Shown piece after piece: positions 18,652-28,491 of a DNA stretch of 64,000 nt. Location: the NCBI GenBank assembly GCA_019704295.1, contig AP024596.1:96001-160000 (forward strand). Direction: 5' to 3'. Each line of letters opens with the position of its first letter. The stretch's first letter is position 1. The notes beneath the pieces are model-generated. The model had not been told where the DNA came from, ran no database searches, and worked only from the letters and a program-made list of their open reading frames with translations. The position numbers and the translations under genes were made by a program. The DNA comes from Sulfolobales archaeon HS-7 (lineage in GTDB: Archaea; Thermoproteota; Thermoprotei_A; Sulfolobales; Sulfolobaceae).

Positions 18652-19095
18652 TTGGTAGTAGAAGCTGGGTGTGAGATTCCTGAGGATCTAAGTTATTACA
18701 TAGAGGGTAAAAACACTGTATGGGTAAAGCCTGAGGGCGACGTGATAATTGTCGGTATAACTGATATTGCCCAAACTATGGCTGGAAAAGTAGTAAAGGT
18801 AAGGGTAAAGAGGAAGGGAATAAAGGTCGATAAGGGGAGACCAGTAGCGACTATGGAGAGTGGTAAATGGGCAGGACCTGTACCTGCGCCCGTGTCAGGG
18901 GAGGTGATCGAAGTAAACGAAGCTGTTGAGAAAACTCCTGTTATCGTAAATCAAGATCCTTATGGAAAGGGATGGCTGGTTAAGATTAAACCAAATAGCT
19001 CAGATGAGGTAAAGCAGCTATTATCAGGTCAACAGGCTCTTGACAAGCTAAGGCAGATAATATCATCTGAAAAAGTTCAGTGTAAGAGGCTATGA
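18652..19095 (+). CDS. lbpA: Lipoate-binding protein (GcvH-like)
   Basis: VGITD.AQ, MESGKWAGP lipoyl-lysine motif, NQDPYGKGW, N- and C-terminal Cys. Confidence 0.9.
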   Translation: MVVEAGCEIPEDLSYYIEGKNTVWVKPEGDVIIVGITDIAQTMAGKVVKVRVKRKGIKVDKGRPVATMESGKWAGPVPAPVSGEVIEVNEAVEKTPVIVNQDPYGKGWLVKIKPNSSDEVKQLLSGQQALDKLRQIISSEKVQCKRL

Positions 19096-19096
19096 T

Positions 19097-20191
19097 ATGA
19101 GCTGGAGGTACGTCAGGTTACCTCCTCAAGATCCTTATCATATGATTACATCTTTTCTGGCTGTAGGGGATCACGTCTCAAAAGGTACTAAAAACACCAT
19201 GTTAGTTTTTAACTCTTTGGAAACATTCGTTAATGTCGGTTTCCATCAAGAAGTATGGCTTGAAGTAGATCTGGATTACGTAAGGAAAAACGGAATACCT
19301 GTAGTTAGGAGGGATGTCGGAGGGGGAACAGTGGTGATTACCCCTGGCGAGGTAGATTACTTCCTGGTTATGAAAAGCGAAGACGCTCCAACAAACCAAT
19401 CGGAACTCTATAAAAAGTTCTTAAGCCCAGTTGCTAGTTTCCTTAATTCTTACGGAGTAAAAGCGGAGATCAGGGAGCAGGATATAGTAGTTGGAGGAAG
19501 GAAAATAAGTGGAAACGGCGCTATGACACGAGGTAAGTCAGTTATCCTTGCTGGAAACGTTTTAGTTGACGTTGACGTAAACGTTATTGCTAAGTGCCTC
19601 AGAGTTCCCAGTGCGAAATTCAGGGATAAACTAGCTAAGGAAATGAGTGAATGGATAACTAGTATGAAAAGGGAAACAGGAAAAACGCCATCTGTGGAGG
19701 AGGTTGCAAAAGGGTTGAAAAAAGCATTTGAAGAGGCGGGTTTTTCATTTTCTGAGGAGGAGCTAACCGAGGATGAAGTGAGAGATTGGAACCGCTTGGC
19801 AGAGGAGAAGATGAGGGAAAGCTGGATATACTATAAGGATTTAAGACATCCCGAATTAAGGAGTGAAAGATGCGTTAAAATAAACTTCTCAGTGACGTTG
19901 TGTCATGTCGATTATAAGGCAAGGAAACTGATAAGAATTACCGCTAAATTCTCTAAGGAAAAAGTAGAAGAGGTCTCTATATCAGGGGACTTCTTCGTTT
20001 TAACTCCTAGAGATTTCGTTGAGAGATTAGAGGATAGAATAAGGGGAATAAGGGTCGGGGACATAGAACAAGTTATACGAGATACGTTTAACGAATTCCG
20101 CCCCACAATATTCGGATTTGACGAGAACGATTTAATTAACGCCTTTAACGAGATGTTGATAAAGCCTGAAGTACAGGAAATAATTAGTTAG
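19097..20191 (+). CDS. Lipoate-protein ligase (sLpl-type)
   Basis: [36 protein letters not shown]-terminal ISGDFF domain. Confidence 0.88.
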   Translation: MSWRYVRLPPQDPYHMITSFLAVGDHVSKGTKNTMLVFNSLETFVNVGFHQEVWLEVDLDYVRKNGIPVVRRDVGGGTVVITPGEVDYFLVMKSEDAPTNQSELYKKFLSPVASFLNSYGVKAEIREQDIVVGGRKISGNGAMTRGKSVILAGNVLVDVDVNVIAKCLRVPSAKFRDKLAKEMSEWITSMKRETGKTPSVEEVAKGLKKAFEEAGFSFSEEELTEDEVRDWNRLAEEKMRESWIYYKDLRHPELRSERCVKINFSVTLCHVDYKARKLIRITAKFSKEKVEEVSISGDFFVLTPRDFVERLEDRIRGIRVGDIEQVIRDTFNEFRPTIFGFDENDLINAFNEMLIKPEVQEIIS

Positions 20192-21476
20192 CATTCCCTT
20201 TTATGTGGTCTATAACCTTTCTTATCTTAGATAGTCCACTTTTTGCATCTTCCTCTGAGATTATTAACGGCGGAATGAGTCGAATGGAACTCTCGCCTGC
20301 AGGCAATGCGATTATTTTTTCCTTATAAAGTTCTTTTATAACTTCATCACGAGTCTTAGGATCGGGTTTTTCGTTCTTAACGAATTCTAGGCCCCAAGCT
20401 AACCCTAATCCCCTTACGTCGTCGGCCTTCACTACACTTAACTCATCTTTAAATACCCCCTCTAATCGCTTGACGTTAGGCAGAACTTCTTCAATAACGT
20501 CTATAGTTTCACTTGCTATTGCACATGTTAAAGCATTCCCTCCAAAAGTGTTGCTATGTCCTCCCCTTTGAAAATCCAGCTCACTTCTAAAAACAGTTGC
20601 GCCTATTGGGACTAAACCGCCACCTAAAGCTTTAGCTAATGTGAATACGTCTGGGTTCAAGTGATAATGATGTATTGCAAGCATCTCCCCCGTTCTTCCC
20701 ATTCCCATTTGTACTTCATCGTCAATTAGCAATACCTTCCGCTTAGATGCAAATGAGTTCAAATGAGAGAAAAACTGGGGAGGAGGTACGACGTAACCTC
20801 CTTCTCCCTGGATAGGTTCGAAAAAGATAGCGCTAAGCTCATCTTCAGGTATTACCTTATTAAGTATCCATTCTTCAATATATTCGAAAACCCTATTCAC
20901 TAACTCTTCTGGTTCCTCGTAGCCGTTGATATGCCATGGATTTCTAAAGGGATTAGGATACGGTACGTGAATAACTCCTGGAATTAATGGGAAAAACCCC
21001 TTTCTTTGAACCCCCTTGCTTGCTGTTAAAGAGAGCGAACCTAAAGTTCTACCGTGAAATCCTCCTATGAAAGAAATAACATATTTACCGTTATTAGATT
21101 TTACGAGTTTAAGTGCAGCCTCTATCGTCTCCGTCCCGCTATTACTTAAAAAGACCTTCCTCTCTCCTGGTAGGAGAGGGACAAGTTTCTTTGCCAACTC
21201 TAACTGTTCTATATTGTAAAAGTCATTAGCTGCGGAATGCGCTAACTTCCTCATTTGCTTTTCCGCCCTTTCGATCACTCTGGGATGAGATGGCCACCCC
21301 AAGTTGTTTACTCCTATACCTGATGAAAAGTCGAGAAATTTCTCTCCATTAATGTCGTAAATCCACACACCTTCTCCACGTTCAATTACCAGGGGAAATT
21401 CATTAGGATCGCGTGTACTAATTGAAAGATATCTCTCTGTTTCTTCAATTACCGAGTTGTTTTTTTCGGTTAACAT
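20184..21476 (-). CDS. Class III PLP aminotransferase (GABA/acetylornithine-type)
   Basis: [49 protein letters not shown]. Confidence 0.9.
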   Translation of the reverse strand: MLTEKNNSVIEETERYLSISTRDPNEFPLVIERGEGVWIYDINGEKFLDFSSGIGVNNLGWPSHPRVIERAEKQMRKLAHSAANDFYNIEQLELAKKLVPLLPGERKVFLSNSGTETIEAALKLVKSNNGKYVISFIGGFHGRTLGSLSLTASKGVQRKGFFPLIPGVIHVPYPNPFRNPWHINGYEEPEELVNRVFEYIEEWILNKVIPEDELSAIFFEPIQGEGGYVVPPPQFFSHLNSFASKRKVLLIDDEVQMGMGRTGEMLAIHHYHLNPDVFTLAKALGGGLVPIGATVFRSELDFQRGGHSNTFGGNALTCAIASETIDVIEEVLPNVKRLEGVFKDELSVVKADDVRGLGLAWGLEFVKNEKPDPKTRDEVIKELYKEKIIALPAGESSIRLIPPLIISEEDAKSGLSKIRKVIDHIKGNAN

Positions 21477-21549
21477 AATAGAACTTATGTTTAACCTTTA
21501 TAATATTGTTGACGAAAGTACTTTGTTCATACGTAACTTAGTTGTCAGT

Positions 21550-21690
21550 CACTCACGACTTCATTGAGATTTGTAATTTGTGAGAATGATTATAAAATAA
21601 AGTAAAGTTTTAGGTGATGACGCGTAGTCGTTATGGTAGCGTCCAATTAAATTTCGTTCAATTCTTTAAATAAACCGAATACTTAATAGA
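21550..21690 (-). repeat. Dispersed repeat family A, degenerate copy
   Basis: CATTGAGATTTGTAATT...AAATAAAGTAAAGTTTTAGG...CAATTAAATTTCGTTCAATTCTTTAAATAAACCGAAT aligns with 22100-22230. Confidence 0.65.
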
Positions 21691-21780
21691 GAAAGGATTA
21701 CCTCGTCAGGGCTACTTATATCCCTATTACTACTTTAGTCTATTTCCATTAATGGTTCAACCATATAGGTTCACGGTAAT

Positions 21781-22036
21781 GGAAAATCAGGGGTAGATAG
21801 CCCCCTTTGTACTAGTTTAAGTCGGTTCGCAACCAGTATATCAATGACATTCATCGACGGGGTAAGCGTTACCAAGATACCCAAGCGGGGGTCTATGTGG
21901 CATACTTCTGCTCCAACTAAAGTCCCATATAGAACATTGCCTTTAATTTCGGACTACGACCCTCAGGACCTCTTTACCTCTTGGATAATACGATGCTACG
22001 AAGCAGGAAGCCTCTTCTAGGGCGTAGTGAGTTCAC
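21781..22036 (+). mobile_element. Non-autonomous IS200/IS605-derived MITE (SMN1-like architecture)
   Basis: GATAGCCCCCTTT at the left; GAAGCAGGAAGCCTCTTCTAGGGCGTAGTGAGTTCAC right end; colinear homolog at 50642-50895; no ORF. Confidence 0.7.
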
Positions 22037-22086
22037 ATTTTGCGTATTATGATTCGCAAAAAACCCTTAACTGCACTAAATAAGAC

Positions 22087-22239
22087 CGATTCAGGTTTCC
22101 ATTGTGAATTGTAATTATTGTAAATAGCGATTAAATAAAGGAAATTGTTAAGAGTAAATCTCTACCTAGTTCACACGATGGGACTCAATTAAATTCATTC
22201 TATTTTTCTAAACAAATAGAATTCGCAATGAACGCGTGA
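22087..22239 (-). repeat. Dispersed repeat family A, copy 2
   Basis: Reverse complement of 7544-7695; arms CATTGTGAATT 22100-22110 and AATTCGCAATG 22220-22230. Confidence 0.85.
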
Positions 22240-22264
22240 ATGGCCCCTAGATAAATACGAATAC

Positions 22265-22270
22265 AGTTTC
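22265..22270 (+). promoter_or_regulatory. ANTTTC DNA-damage-responsive motif, upsX promoter
   Basis: AGTTTC 43 nt before ATG 22308; same offset as at upsE. Confidence 0.55.
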
Positions 22271-22307
22271 AATGGGGAGGGCGCTAAATAAAAGATCTTT
22301 TCAATTC

Positions 22308-24260
22308 ATGTATCTCTCGTTTAACGACTTCAGAGCTCTAAAAATTCCTCCACTACTAACGTATTGGTTCGACGTAGTGAAAGAAAATATTTACTTAAGA
22401 TCGAACGCTCTTACCTCTCCTAGAATAAAGGTTTTTCCCACCTTTGAACAAGAAGGTAATAAATGGATTTATACCGATAATGAAAAATTGGTAGAATTCT
22501 ATGATGGGAAAACAGAGGTAATTGGGAAAAACACACCGGGAGATATTGCGAATATATTAGGGCTGGATATAACCCCTGATAAGGTTTTTACTTTTTCTTG
22601 GTACACCTTGACCGTTGCTGGAAAAAAAGTGTTAATACACTCATCAAATGGAATAGAAGAATTCCCACACCCGAAAAATTTGATCCCTAGGGAATACGGT
22701 TCTATCCTTAAGTATAAGGAAAAATGTATATTGTATACGAAGGCTGGGAAAATTGAACTTAATTCTGCGGAGGAGGTGATTTACTCCGATAATGACAACC
22801 TTATTTACAGCGAAAATGGAGGTATATGGTCATTAACCAGGAGAGGCATTAATTATATAGGATATTGTGAAAAACCTTCTTTCTTTCTCGGAATGGGAAG
22901 GCTTGGGTACACTTTTTCATGCAATGGTCTCGTCAAGGTCTTTCTTGGAGATTCTTGGAAGATTATAGGAAGGATTTCAAATCCCTACGCCTCTTACTCC
23001 AATTTTTATTTAACTATGCTCACTGGAACCTCAACGGAAGTGTTCGATAGTTCGTTCTATAGAAGGCTGAAGGAGATAAACAGAATAAGCGCAGGTATAA
23101 TCTACATGGATAACATAATAATGTTATCTAAGAATAAATCATATTTTGGAGTGGCTAAGCTAGAAAATGAGATAAAATGTATTAATATTAACAGTAAAAA
23201 CAACTTTAATTCCCCTGCATTCATCGAGGTAGATAAGAGCGTATGCCCTGGGGAGGTAATATTATCTGGAGAGATTGATGAGTTGAACAGGGAGTATAAA
23301 GAAAATACCGAGAGGATCTTTGTAGTTCCGAGGAAACTAACTGATACGGTAACTAAGATTACACTAATTAATCCCTTCGATTCATTTCAAAGAGACGTTA
23401 CAATAGAATCTGTTCCATATGAATTCACCGTGTTAAAGGCTGAATTGAGGAAGTCGATTAATGGGGTGTTGAAAGAAGATCGTTCTAAAAACTCACTACT
23501 CCTTTTAGAGTTTTCATCTAAGGTTCCCTCTCCAATTTCTCCTGTACTTCATATCGAAATAGGGGACTACGAATTTGAGTATAAGATTATGGACGACGGT
23601 AGCAACATTTTGAAAGTACCTGTTAGCCACTACTCAAGTAACGAAAAGGAGACTGTAAACTTTAGGTTGATTCATGCCGGTTCAATTTTATTTTCCGGTG
23701 GTGTAGAAGCAAAAGTAATAGAGGTAAGGGCATCAGGGGAAGAGATCATTAAAGTGGTACCGGGTTTAGGACGCATCGAGTACATAGCCTCACAGAGTGA
23801 TGGTTTATTCGTCTGGGAGAAAAGGAGAGTAGTTCCTATGACTCCAGTAATAAGAGTAATTAGAAATGGCGGTACACTACCTACTCAACATGAATCTAAA
23901 ACTAAGGTAAATACTCTAAACGAAAGAAACGAGATTGAGATATTAGCAGCTGATCCGTTGCATGAAGTTGGATTTAAGATTGTGAAGGACGGTATAGCCG
24001 TCGTGACAAGATTTACCGAAAACGTGATCCCTATAATAATAAACGGTCCTAATGTCGCTTTAGGAAATAATACAGGGGAAACCATACTTCCTATAGAGCC
24101 CACATATCCTCAGTTCGACATAAAATATGTCTATTATGGAATAGAATGGTCCAGGTCCTTTAGAATTAACGTCCTTGAGAGCTCAATAGCTATTGCAAGG
24201 AGAAACGCTGAGGACTTGTTAAGGAAAATAGATATTTTCGGCTACCCCATAACGGTTTAA
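22308..24260 (+). CDS. upsX: UpsX-like protein
   Basis: ~650-aa soluble beta-rich protein immediately before a pilus ATPase and TadC-like gene; call rests on size, synteny and promoter motif. Confidence 0.65.
   Translation: MYLSFNDFRALKIPPLLTYWFDVVKENIYLRSNALTSPRIKVFPTFEQEGNKWIYTDNEKLVEFYDGKTEVIGKNTPGDIANILGLDITPDKVFTFSWYTLTVAGKKVLIHSSNGIEEFPHPKNLIPREYGSILKYKEKCILYTKAGKIELNSAEEVIYSDNDNLIYSENGGIWSLTRRGINYIGYCEKPSFFLGMGRLGYTFSCNGLVKVFLGDSWKIIGRISNPYASYSNFYLTMLTGTSTEVFDSSFYRRLKEINRISAGIIYMDNIIMLSKNKSYFGVAKLENEIKCININSKNNFNSPAFIEVDKSVCPGEVILSGEIDELNREYKENTERIFVVPRKLTDTVTKITLINPFDSFQRDVTIESVPYEFTVLKAELRKSINGVLKEDRSKNSLLLLEFSSKVPSPISPVLHIEIGDYEFEYKIMDDGSNILKVPVSHYSSNEKETVNFRLIHAGSILFSGGVEAKVIEVRASGEEIIKVVPGLGRIEYIASQSDGLFVWEKRRVVPMTPVIRVIRNGGTLPTQHESKTKVNTLNERNEIEILAADPLHEVGFKIVKDGIAVVTRFTENVIPIIINGPNVALGNNTGETILPIEPTYPQFDIKYVYYGIEWSRSFRINVLESSIAIARRNAEDLLRKIDIFGYPITV
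24234..24239 (+). promoter_or_regulatory. ANTTTC motif, upsE promoter
   Basis: ATTTTC 43 nt before ATG 24277; TTTAAA box at 24256. Confidence 0.55.
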
Positions 24261-24276
24261 ATTCTACTGAATTGTC

Positions 24277-25683
24277 ATGGAAGAGAACCAATTAGATCAA
24301 TATCAAATTGGAATGGCCAAGTTTACCTTACTAGAAAAAGCAGACATTCCATATCTTCTCGTTAACGAACCTCTTCTCTCTCAAGAAGAAGAGGAAGCGG
24401 TAGAGAGAATAGTTAGCAAGATTCTCGCATACAATTCCTCAGAACCCTTTGAATTTCAACTATCGAAGGTGATAAATGAAGAGAATCTTGAACCTACAAT
24501 GCAGGAAAAAATTATTTATTATATAAAGAAAAGAATGTTTTACGGAAAATTAACTCCCTTTCTTGAAGATCCCGATATAGAGGAAATCGAATGTAGGGGT
24601 TATGGATATCCCATTACCGTTATTCATAGGAAATATCCTTACAAGCGACTTATCACTAACGTAATATTTACTTCGGAAGAGGAGATAGTTAATACAATTG
24701 AGAAATTAATCAACAGAGCGGAGAAGACTGTGTCATTAGCGAAACCATATGCCGAGTTTTCTCTCCCTGAAGGCCATCGAGTAGCCCTAACTCTCTCTAA
24801 CGAAATATCAATACCCGGTTCTACTTTTGATATAAGAAAGTTTCCCAAGACGCCATTGAGTATATTCGATTTGCTCTCAATGAAGGTGTTAACTCCCTCC
24901 ATTCTATCGTATATATGGTCTTCCCTTGAACACACTCCATTTATTTTCATAGTAGGGGCAACGGGGAGTGGTAAAACGACGCTCTTAAATGCGTTGCTGC
25001 AACTAGTAAATCCTCTATCGAAAATCGTAACAATAGAGGATACTCCGGAAATATCCCTCCTTAATTCGAACTGGGTGCGATTTGTAACAAGAACTTCCTT
25101 TGACGAAGGATATAGCATTACCCTCTCGGATCTAGCGCGGTTAGCACTTAGGTATAGACCAGATTACTTGGTCATAGGTGAAGTCAGAGGAAGGGAAATA
25201 GAATCTCTTGTTCACGCGTCAGCCACGGGTCACGGTTCTCTCTCTACTTTTCATGGTGCACATCCTAATGACGTAATAACGAGGGTAAAGGGGTTACTCA
25301 ATCAGGAGCTAGCTACGCTCTTCATTCATAATATTAAAATGATTATAGTAATGGACGCTGGACGGAGAAGAGGGGTTAAAGCAATATATGAAAACTTCGG
25401 TTACAGGACAGGCTTTAAAAAAGTAATTTATTACGATCCTATGAAAAAGGAATTTGTAAATGATAACTTTGTTGAACTTCTAACTACGTCAAAGGTAATC
25501 CGTAGAATTATGTTGGAGAGAGGAATTACTGAGGAGGAAATGAAATTACAGTTTGAAGAAAAGGCAAAGGTATTATCCGAAGGAACGGGAAGGCATCACT
25601 ACACGCCGGAGGATATCACCAGTATGATAGCTAATTATTACAAGAGTGGGGATAACTACGAAGCTGTTATTAGACAAAAATAA
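24277..25683 (+). CDS. upsE: Type IV pilus assembly ATPase (UpsE-like)
   Basis: DPDIEEIEC, IRKF, Walker A GATGSGKTT, TIEDTPE, LRYRPDYLVIGEVRG, TGHG..STFH. Confidence 0.85.
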   Translation: MEENQLDQYQIGMAKFTLLEKADIPYLLVNEPLLSQEEEEAVERIVSKILAYNSSEPFEFQLSKVINEENLEPTMQEKIIYYIKKRMFYGKLTPFLEDPDIEEIECRGYGYPITVIHRKYPYKRLITNVIFTSEEEIVNTIEKLINRAEKTVSLAKPYAEFSLPEGHRVALTLSNEISIPGSTFDIRKFPKTPLSIFDLLSMKVLTPSILSYIWSSLEHTPFIFIVGATGSGKTTLLNALLQLVNPLSKIVTIEDTPEISLLNSNWVRFVTRTSFDEGYSITLSDLARLALRYRPDYLVIGEVRGREIESLVHASATGHGSLSTFHGAHPNDVITRVKGLLNQELATLFIHNIKMIIVMDAGRRRGVKAIYENFGYRTGFKKVIYYDPMKKEFVNDNFVELLTTSKVIRRIMLERGITEEEMKLQFEEKAKVLSEGTGRHHYTPEDITSMIANYYKSGDNYEAVIRQK

Positions 25684-27154
25684 GCTGAGAATCTTATTGA
25701 TACAGAAAGTTCTCAACGAAAGAATTTTGGCTATGGCTAAATATACGGATATTTCTAGCGTTAAAAAGATTGTGAAATTAACACATTTCTCGACTTATTT
25801 CGCGCTAGCTACACTTGGAGTTTCTGCTCTTCTAACGGTATTATTCTCATCTTATTTCCCCCTATTTCTTTTAGTTACCATACCGTTAATTTATTTAGGG
25901 CCTGTGTTATACCTCAACTATAAGAAATACGAACATATTAATAAAATTAATTCAGAATTTCCTTTTTTTCTAATATTGGCTATGATAAATGAAAATATTG
26001 GAAAAAATATAGTGGACACATTCAAGGAAATATCCTCAGTGAGTCTGTTTCCAGCGTTATCAAAGGAGTGGCAATATATCCAGAAGAGAATGTCACTTAC
26101 TGGGGAACTTTTAGGTACAGTACTAATGAAGATAGGAGGAGAGATTGGCGGAGAAGTTGGAAATTTCTTTTATAGATATGGTTTGTTGAAAACGCAAGGC
26201 ATCACTAGAGAGTTAGTAAATGAAATGTCAAAGGAAAGTCTGTCAAACCTTAGTCAAAGATTCGCGGATTACCTATCTCATCTTGAGGAATTAATTGAAA
26301 TAGCATTCATGATATATCTCCTTTTACCTCTAACGATAATTGCCTTCTCCATAACTTTTTCTATAAACTACTTTATCCTAATGTTACCCCTACTCTTCGT
26401 CCCCGCTATCTTGATGTATGTAGATCAGCTTTCGCCCTTAAGGATGTATAACGTTCCATTAAAAAAGAGAGATTTCCTTCCTTTTATGTCAACTATTGTG
26501 TTTCTACCCTTCATTCACTTAACATTGGATGTCAAAATCTTAATCCTTTCATTAACTCTAGAACTCTGGTTTACTAATTATTACTTAGTTATAAGAAAAG
26601 CGGACAAAATGCAGTCGGAATTACCACTTCTTATTGAAAACACTATTAATTACTTTAGGACTGGGAAAAGTATAAAATATTCCTTAATAAAGTTGGGGGA
26701 AAGAAAGCTATCGTTAAGTCGGATAATCAGAGAAATAAAGAATGGCATATTTAAAGGAGGGCAAATCCCTGTAGTGAATAGCCCATCCACCATTGTAAAT
26801 TACGTCATTTCGATAATGAGAATATTAGATGAGAGAGGAGGTAGGAACGAAATCTCGTTAATTAGGCTTAGCGAATTTGTCCAATCGCTTAACATGTCAA
26901 CTAAGGTTTTCCTCAAGAAAATTAACTTGTACGAAGCCCTCTCCATAATTTCTCCACTAATACTAGTATATGCTTTTTCCATTATGAAATCTATTGGAAC
27001 TACTAATGATGCCTACTTACTGAAGCCGTTCATAATGATATACTCAATATCATTATCAGTTATTTTTACAAAGGCCTCTAGGTTTACTATTTTCTACACC
27101 CCTATAATAATTCTGACGACAGTAGTAAGCTATTTAGCCCTTCACTTTATATAG
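25646..27154 (+). CDS. upsF: Type IV pilus platform membrane protein (TadC/UpsF-like)
   Basis: Two T2SSF-like repeats (INSEFPFF; QSELPLLI...G.SI) with TM segments; overlaps the ATPase gene. Confidence 0.75.
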   Translation: MGITTKLLLDKNKLRILLIQKVLNERILAMAKYTDISSVKKIVKLTHFSTYFALATLGVSALLTVLFSSYFPLFLLVTIPLIYLGPVLYLNYKKYEHINKINSEFPFFLILAMINENIGKNIVDTFKEISSVSLFPALSKEWQYIQKRMSLTGELLGTVLMKIGGEIGGEVGNFFYRYGLLKTQGITRELVNEMSKESLSNLSQRFADYLSHLEELIEIAFMIYLLLPLTIIAFSITFSINYFILMLPLLFVPAILMYVDQLSPLRMYNVPLKKRDFLPFMSTIVFLPFIHLTLDVKILILSLTLELWFTNYYLVIRKADKMQSELPLLIENTINYFRTGKSIKYSLIKLGERKLSLSRIIREIKNGIFKGGQIPVVNSPSTIVNYVISIMRILDERGGRNEISLIRLSEFVQSLNMSTKVFLKKINLYEALSIISPLILVYAFSIMKSIGTTNDAYLLKPFIMIYSISLSVIFTKASRFTIFYTPIIILTTVVSYLALHFI

Positions 27155-27399
27155 TAGTAATTTTCTGAATCGCTATAACTTACGTGAATAGGTATTTGAA
27201 CGGACTCTGGATTGAAATCTTTCAATTACTTTTAGTGCTTCCTAAAGTAACTCAGAAAAGTAATGCATAACGTAATAACCTTCCCGGATCTATTTACTCC
27301 CCCTGTGTAAAAATCGCGCCGTAGCCGTAACAGTAAAAGCTTATTTGAAACTAAATAAACCATTGAAAAAAGTAACAAACGATAGTCATTACCAGCCAC

Positions 27400-28491
27400 C
27401 TAAAATCTCAATATCCTAGAGTCGTCATTTTGTGGGATATTAGTTGGAGCTATCCCTAATCCCTCTCCTCCTAGTGTAATCTTATTGGCATCTATAACTA
27501 CGTCGCTTTTGAAGAATTCTAGGGGAATTTCATTAGGAGGTGTTTCAATGATGGCACTATTTAGCCCTAACCCAGCGACGACATGACTTCCAACCAGTAT
27601 TCCTAACCAACCGTTATGAGGTCTATTGTGCAGTGCTATGGACACGTCCTTCAGTTTCAGAAACGTTAATACGTCAAGTAAGGGAGTTATTCCACCTATT
27701 TTAGTTACGTCAGGTTGAAGAAATGTTGCGGAATTAAGTTCTACTGCTCTCATGAAGTCGAATACACTGAACAGATTTTCACCTATTGCTATAGGTAAGA
27801 GCTTATTTAACTTCGAAAGACCTTCAAGATCGTCTGGGGGCCAAAGTGGTTCCTCTATCCACTTCAATTCATACCTCTGAACCTTATTAATGAAATTAAG
27901 CGACTCTTCAAACGTGAAACCACAGTTGAGGTCTACCATTAATTCGAAGTTATAGCCGTATTTTAGCCTGATTTCCTTTACAGCCTCTAAAGTTTCACGT
28001 GGAGGTTGATGCAATTTAATCTCCTTATATCCCTTTTCTAAAAGCCTTTCTATGACCTTCACTACATCTGGACCCTTATATCTCGATAACGATACATATC
28101 TTCTGACTTCGTTTCCTCCGCCAAATATTGAGTAAATGGGCAATCCGCTTCTTCTGCCCAAAATGTCCCAGAGGGCGATATCTACAGAGGATATCGCACC
28201 CGATACTACACCATATCCTCCTGTAAATGTGGCTCTCCTCATCTCATAATGAATTTCCCTGATCCTCCTTTCATCCATTCCTATTATTACGCTTTTTAGT
28301 CTCCTCACCAAGTCGATATAAGGTTCTCTCGTATTACCAGCTGCAGGTAGAGTCTCTCCCCAACCACAAATATCCTCAGTACAAACCTTTACGAGAAGCT
28401 GATTACTCCATTCCTCAAGCCATAACTGTTTTGGCTCTGTCTGTGTCAATGGAATGCTAGCTCTATAGATCTCAAGGGACTTTATTGTCAT
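27400..28491 (-). CDS. Mandelate racemase/enolase-superfamily sugar-acid dehydratase
   Basis: GWGE, AISSVDIALWDILG, K.H, MVDLN, WIEEP, IGEN, QPDVTKIGGIT. Confidence 0.85.
   Translation of the reverse strand: MTIKSLEIYRASIPLTQTEPKQLWLEEWSNQLLVKVCTEDICGWGETLPAAGNTREPYIDLVRRLKSVIIGMDERRIREIHYEMRRATFTGGYGVVSGAISSVDIALWDILGRRSGLPIYSIFGGGNEVRRYVSLSRYKGPDVVKVIERLLEKGYKEIKLHQPPRETLEAVKEIRLKYGYNFELMVDLNCGFTFEESLNFINKVQRYELKWIEEPLWPPDDLEGLSKLNKLLPIAIGENLFSVFDFMRAVELNSATFLQPDVTKIGGITPLLDVLTFLKLKDVSIALHNRPHNGWLGILVGSHVVAGLGLNSAIIETPPNEIPLEFFKSDVVIDANKITLGGEGLGIAPTNIPQNDDSRILRF

Noticed and set aside
21613-21660. C/D-box sRNA (GTGATGA box C)
   Set aside because: No matching CTGA D box at a suitable distance, and it lies within a family-A copy
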